DNA from: Gemmatimonadales bacterium
GTDB taxonomy: Bacteria; Gemmatimonadota; Gemmatimonadetes; Gemmatimonadales; GWC2-71-9
Assembly (NCBI GenBank): GCA_035692845.1
Contig: DASSHL010000441.1
Coordinates: 1 to 44,329, forward strand
Reading direction: 5' to 3'
DNA: 44,329 nucleotides
The translations under genes and the position numbers were made by a program. Within the stretch, counting starts at the first letter, position 1, and each line of letters begins with the position of its first letter. Below, one piece after another: positions 42,140 to 44,329 of this stretch. A model generated the notes under the pieces. That model ran no database searches and was not told where the DNA came from. It saw only the letters and a list, made by a program, of their open reading frames with translations.

Positions 42140-42267
42140 CCCGCCTACTGACTCTCATCTACTCCTGTGCGCGCTGTGCATTCGTCTACTCGGACTGCTC
42201 TTTCGGACCGATGGACGCGCGGTGCCCGCGCTGCGACAAGGTGAACGCCCCGCGAGGTGCCCAGTGA
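42136..42267 (+). CDS. zinc-ribbon micro-protein (43 aa)
   Basis: CARC...CPRC, with GTGA overlaps. Confidence 0.45.
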   Translation: MTRLLTLIYSCARCAFVYSDCSFGPMDARCPRCDKVNAPRGAQ

Positions 42268-42401
42268 CCCTCCGCATCTTCTCCCCCGCGACGGGCCGCG
42301 TGTACGGCACCGCCCGCGATTGGCCCACCGCCCGCGCGACGATGAAGGAACTTCGTCAGCAGGGCATCCCCGCCGACATTCGGCAGGAGCGTGACGCATG
42401 A
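42264..42401 (+). CDS. hypothetical small protein (45 aa)
   Basis: GTGA overlap upstream and ATGA overlap downstream. Confidence 0.45.
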   Translation: MTLRIFSPATGRVYGTARDWPTARATMKELRQQGIPADIRQERDA

Positions 42402-42697
42402 ACACCAAGCACACCCCCGGCCCGTGGCGGGTCGGCATTGATCTGTTCGACGGCGAGGATATCCCCATCTGGGCCGGAGAGCCGGACAAGGCGCCGTGCG
42501 TGGCCGTCGTCTGGCCGATGACCGGAGACGAGGACGATCGTGAGCCCGAGGCCAACGCCCGCCTGATCGCCGCCGCGCCGGAGATGGTGGCCGTGATGAA
42601 ACGCGCCCGTGTCGCCTTCTACGACGAAGGCACCAGCAAGGCCCTCCGCCCCGTCATGGCCGACATGGTGGCCCTGATCCGCCGCCTGGAGGCGTGA
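42398..42697 (+). CDS. conserved phage protein (99 aa) with HTPGPW ... ANARLIAAAPEM motifs
   Basis: This motif pair is widespread in phage hypothetical proteins, by recollection. Confidence 0.55.
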   Translation: MNTKHTPGPWRVGIDLFDGEDIPIWAGEPDKAPCVAVVWPMTGDEDDREPEANARLIAAAPEMVAVMKRARVAFYDEGTSKALRPVMADMVALIRRLEA

Positions 42698-43050
42698 CCA
42701 TGCTGACCGGGAACCGCGTCGTAGACGCCTACATCGAGGCGGCCCTGTGGACCTCCGAACCGGAGCCAGGGCCGGAGCGCGAACGCCGGGACCGCGCCAC
42801 CCTGTCCCCCCAAGCCATCGAAACAGCGCTGGCCGACTGCACCGCGTTCATGGCCCACAATGCCCCGGATGTCGAAGCGCTGGACCTTTCCCAAGTCGGC
42901 CATGACTTCTGGCTGACCCGCAACAGTCACGGCGTGGGGTTCTGGGATCGCGGCCTTGGGGAAGTGGGCGCACGCCTCACCCGTGCGGCGAATCGCTTCG
43001 GGGAAAGCGCTTTGTACGTCGGAGATGACGGGCTCCTGTACTTCACATGA
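42694..43050 (+). CDS. conserved hypothetical protein (118 aa)
   Basis: YIEAALWTS ... GHDFWLTRNSHGVGFWDRG ... LYVGDDG is a motif seen in phage/plasmid proteins, by recollection. Confidence 0.55.
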   Translation: MTMLTGNRVVDAYIEAALWTSEPEPGPERERRDRATLSPQAIETALADCTAFMAHNAPDVEALDLSQVGHDFWLTRNSHGVGFWDRGLGEVGARLTRAANRFGESALYVGDDGLLYFT

Positions 43051-43193
43051 CCCGCCCCCAGCCCACCCCCAAGCCCTGCCCCCACCCGCCGTCCCGCCTC
43101 TACGCCTGGACGGCCCAACCGGGCACCCCGTGGGAAACCTTCTGCGTGACCTGCTGCGCGTGCGGGGCCGTGCTGAAAGGCGGGACCGCATGA
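43047..43193 (+). CDS. Pro/Cys-rich micro-protein (48 aa)
   Basis: ATGA overlaps; C.H...C..CC.C. Confidence 0.4.
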   Translation: MTRPQPTPKPCPHPPSRLYAWTAQPGTPWETFCVTCCACGAVLKGGTA

Positions 43194-43342
43194 CCCCCGC
43201 CCTCCGCACGTTTCGATGGTACGTCGTCACCCGCGACGGCAAGCGCCGGCAAGGCACCTGCCGCGCACGGGCAAGCTGGACCCTCTTCAAGCGCCTACGC
43301 CGAGAGTTTCCGGGGGCGCGGAAGATGGGGTACTGGCTGTGA
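43190..43342 (+). CDS. basic micro-protein (50 aa)
   Basis: ATGA and GTGA overlaps. Confidence 0.4.
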   Translation: MTPALRTFRWYVVTRDGKRRQGTCRARASWTLFKRLRREFPGARKMGYWL

Positions 43343-43458
43343 TCCACCCCACCCTCACCTCCCCACGCTCCTACTTCACCCGCGGGACGGCCCGCTTCGG
43401 CCCTGGCCGGCCTGTGTGGGTGGTCCGACTTCTCGAAGGGAAGGCCCTGACCCCATGA
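43339..43458 (+). CDS. micro-protein (39 aa)
   Basis: GTGA overlap. Its 3' end lies inside the 41-bp duplication. Confidence 0.35.
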   Translation: MIHPTLTSPRSYFTRGTARFGPGRPVWVVRLLEGKALTP

Positions 43459-43535
43459 AAGACCGTATCCGCGTGAAATACGACGGCCTGACCCCATGAA
43501 AGGCCGTATCCGCGTGAAATACGACGGCCTGACCC
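43446..43535. repeat. 41-bp tandem duplication (about 2.2 copies) spanning a gene junction
   Basis: The unit is ggcctgaccccatgaaag(a/g)ccgtatccgcgtgaaatacgac, with ATGs at 43455 and 43496 exactly 41 nt apart. Confidence 0.85.
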
Positions 43536-43693
43536 ACACCTGGGCCGCGTTCGTGAATGGCCGCCGGATCGTCTCCGGCTGGCCTTCCGCCGGAATGGCG
43601 CGGGCGAAGTGCCGGGAGTATCTCGGCTGGCGCGGCCAGGGTGGCGCGTTCGGCGGGGGCTACGTGAAACTCAACAAGGAGCGTACTGCATGA
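43496..43693 (+). CDS. hypothetical protein (65 aa)
   Basis: ORF in the track. Its first 12 codons are duplicated upstream as a 14-codon mini-ORF (43455-43499). Confidence 0.5.
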   Translation: MKGRIRVKYDGLTHTWAAFVNGRRIVSGWPSAGMARAKCREYLGWRGQGGAFGGGYVKLNKERTA

Positions 43694-44329
43694 CCGCACG
43701 ACTGCCCATTATCACGACCCGCGACCTGCGCCGCCTCGGCGCGTGTGCGGAGCAGGTGACGCTCTTCCGTAAGACGTTCGGCGGGAGCGCCGTCGTGTCG
43801 CTGGCGAACGCCCGCAAGGCCGCGGAAGTGGGTCTGGACGCGAATTGGATCGCGACACGGACCCTCACGGCCCCCGCCCAGGCCAAGTACTACAAGGTCA
43901 CGGCCGCCGCCCGGGCCGAGTACGACAGGGTCACGGCCCCCGCCCGGGCCGAGTACGACAAGGTCACGGCCGCCGCCTTGGCCGAGTACAGCAAGGTCAG
44001 GGCCGCCCCCCGGGCCGAGTACGACAAGGTCAGGGCCGCCGCCCGGGCCGAGTACGACAGGGTCACGGCCCCCGCCCAGGCCGAGTACGACAAGGTCACG
44101 GCCGCCGCCCAGGCCAAGTACTACAAGGTCACGGCCGCCGCCCAGGCCGAGTACGACAAGGTCACGGCCGCCGCCTTGGCCGAGTACAGCAAGGTCGCGG
44201 CCGCCGCCCGGGCCGAGTACGACAAGGTCACGGCCGCCGCCCAGGCCAAGTACTACAAGGTCACGGCCGCCGCCCAGGCCGAGTACGACAAGGTCACGGC
44301 CGCCGCCCAGGCCGAGTACGACAAGGTCA
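43690..44329 (+). CDS. 11-residue (hendecad) repeat protein; the 3' end runs off the window
   Basis: ATGA overlap. There is a 58-aa N-terminal domain (MTARLPIITTRDLRRLGACAEQVTLFRKTFGG...), then at least 13.5 units of A(E/K)Y(D/Y/S)(K/R)V(T/R/A)A(A/P)A(Q/R/L). It is not in the ORF track because there is no stop before the window end. Confidence 0.7.
   Translation, partial: MTARLPIITTRDLRRLGACAEQVTLFRKTFGGSAVVSLANARKAAEVGLDANWIATRTLTAPAQAKYYKVTAAARAEYDRVTAPARAEYDKVTAAALAEYSKVRAAPRAEYDKVRAAARAEYDRVTAPAQAEYDKVTAAAQAKYYKVTAAAQAEYDKVTAAALAEYSKVAAAARAEYDKVTAAAQAKYYKVTAAAQAEYDKVTAAAQAEYDKV
43864..44329. repeat. 33-bp tandem repeat, about 14 units, truncated by the window end
   Basis: Same unit family as 71-235, read directly from the sequence. 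Confidence 0.9.

Noticed and set aside
43864-44329. The 33-bp repeats considered as a CRISPR array.
   Set aside because: The units are directly tandem with no spacers, they are in frame within a coding sequence, and no cas genes are present.
1-44329. A lysogeny module (integrase, repressor, attP), with the tRNA-like gene as an attP core.
   Set aside because: No integrase or recombinase motifs were seen in any frame. The tRNA-like element is a full cloverleaf rather than a 3' fragment, so a prophage or attP interpretation is unsupported.

Overview
The window reads as an essentially complete high-G+C tailed-phage genome of about 44 kb. It looks podovirus-like, since I recognise no sheath, tube or tape-measure gene, and the sequence is opened inside a repeat-containing early gene. 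There are two arms. A + strand early/replication arm runs from 41304 to 44329 and appears to continue from 1 to 19157. It carries many small ORFs joined by ATGA/GTGA overlaps, then DUF4031, an HD hydrolase, an SNF2 helicase, an Rnl2-like ligase, a DUF2800 nuclease, a DUF2815 SSB-like protein, a tRNA-like gene, family-A DNA polymerase flanked by two HNH homing endonucleases, a low-G+C GNAT-like gene, and a prim-pol/SF3 helicase. A - strand late arm runs from 40871 to 19171. It carries a TerS-like HTH protein, TerL, portal, scaffold, a DUF5309/SU10-type capsid protein, a 3-gene insert with a GT2 glycosyltransferase, an adaptor, fibres, a holin-like protein plus GH24 lysozyme, a beta-propeller tail protein, a 1006-aa fibre and large internal proteins. 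The arms diverge at a repeat-rich, A+T-richer control region (40872-41303) and converge at 19157/19171. I recognised no integrase, repressor, reverse transcriptase, CRISPR array or rRNA. The observations most worth follow-up are: (1) a 33-bp (11-codon, hendecad) tandem array at both window ends; (2) a tRNA-like cloverleaf with UUU at the anticodon position but a non-canonical, closable anticodon arm, in the same arm as an RNA ligase; (3) a low-G+C mosaic (2 HNH genes plus a GNAT/XF1762-Mom-like gene) wrapped around the replisome genes; (4) a glycosyltransferase cassette inside the head-tail module; (5) families of short DNA motifs around terS and the divergent region. All family names come from motif recognition by eye, and no searches were run.
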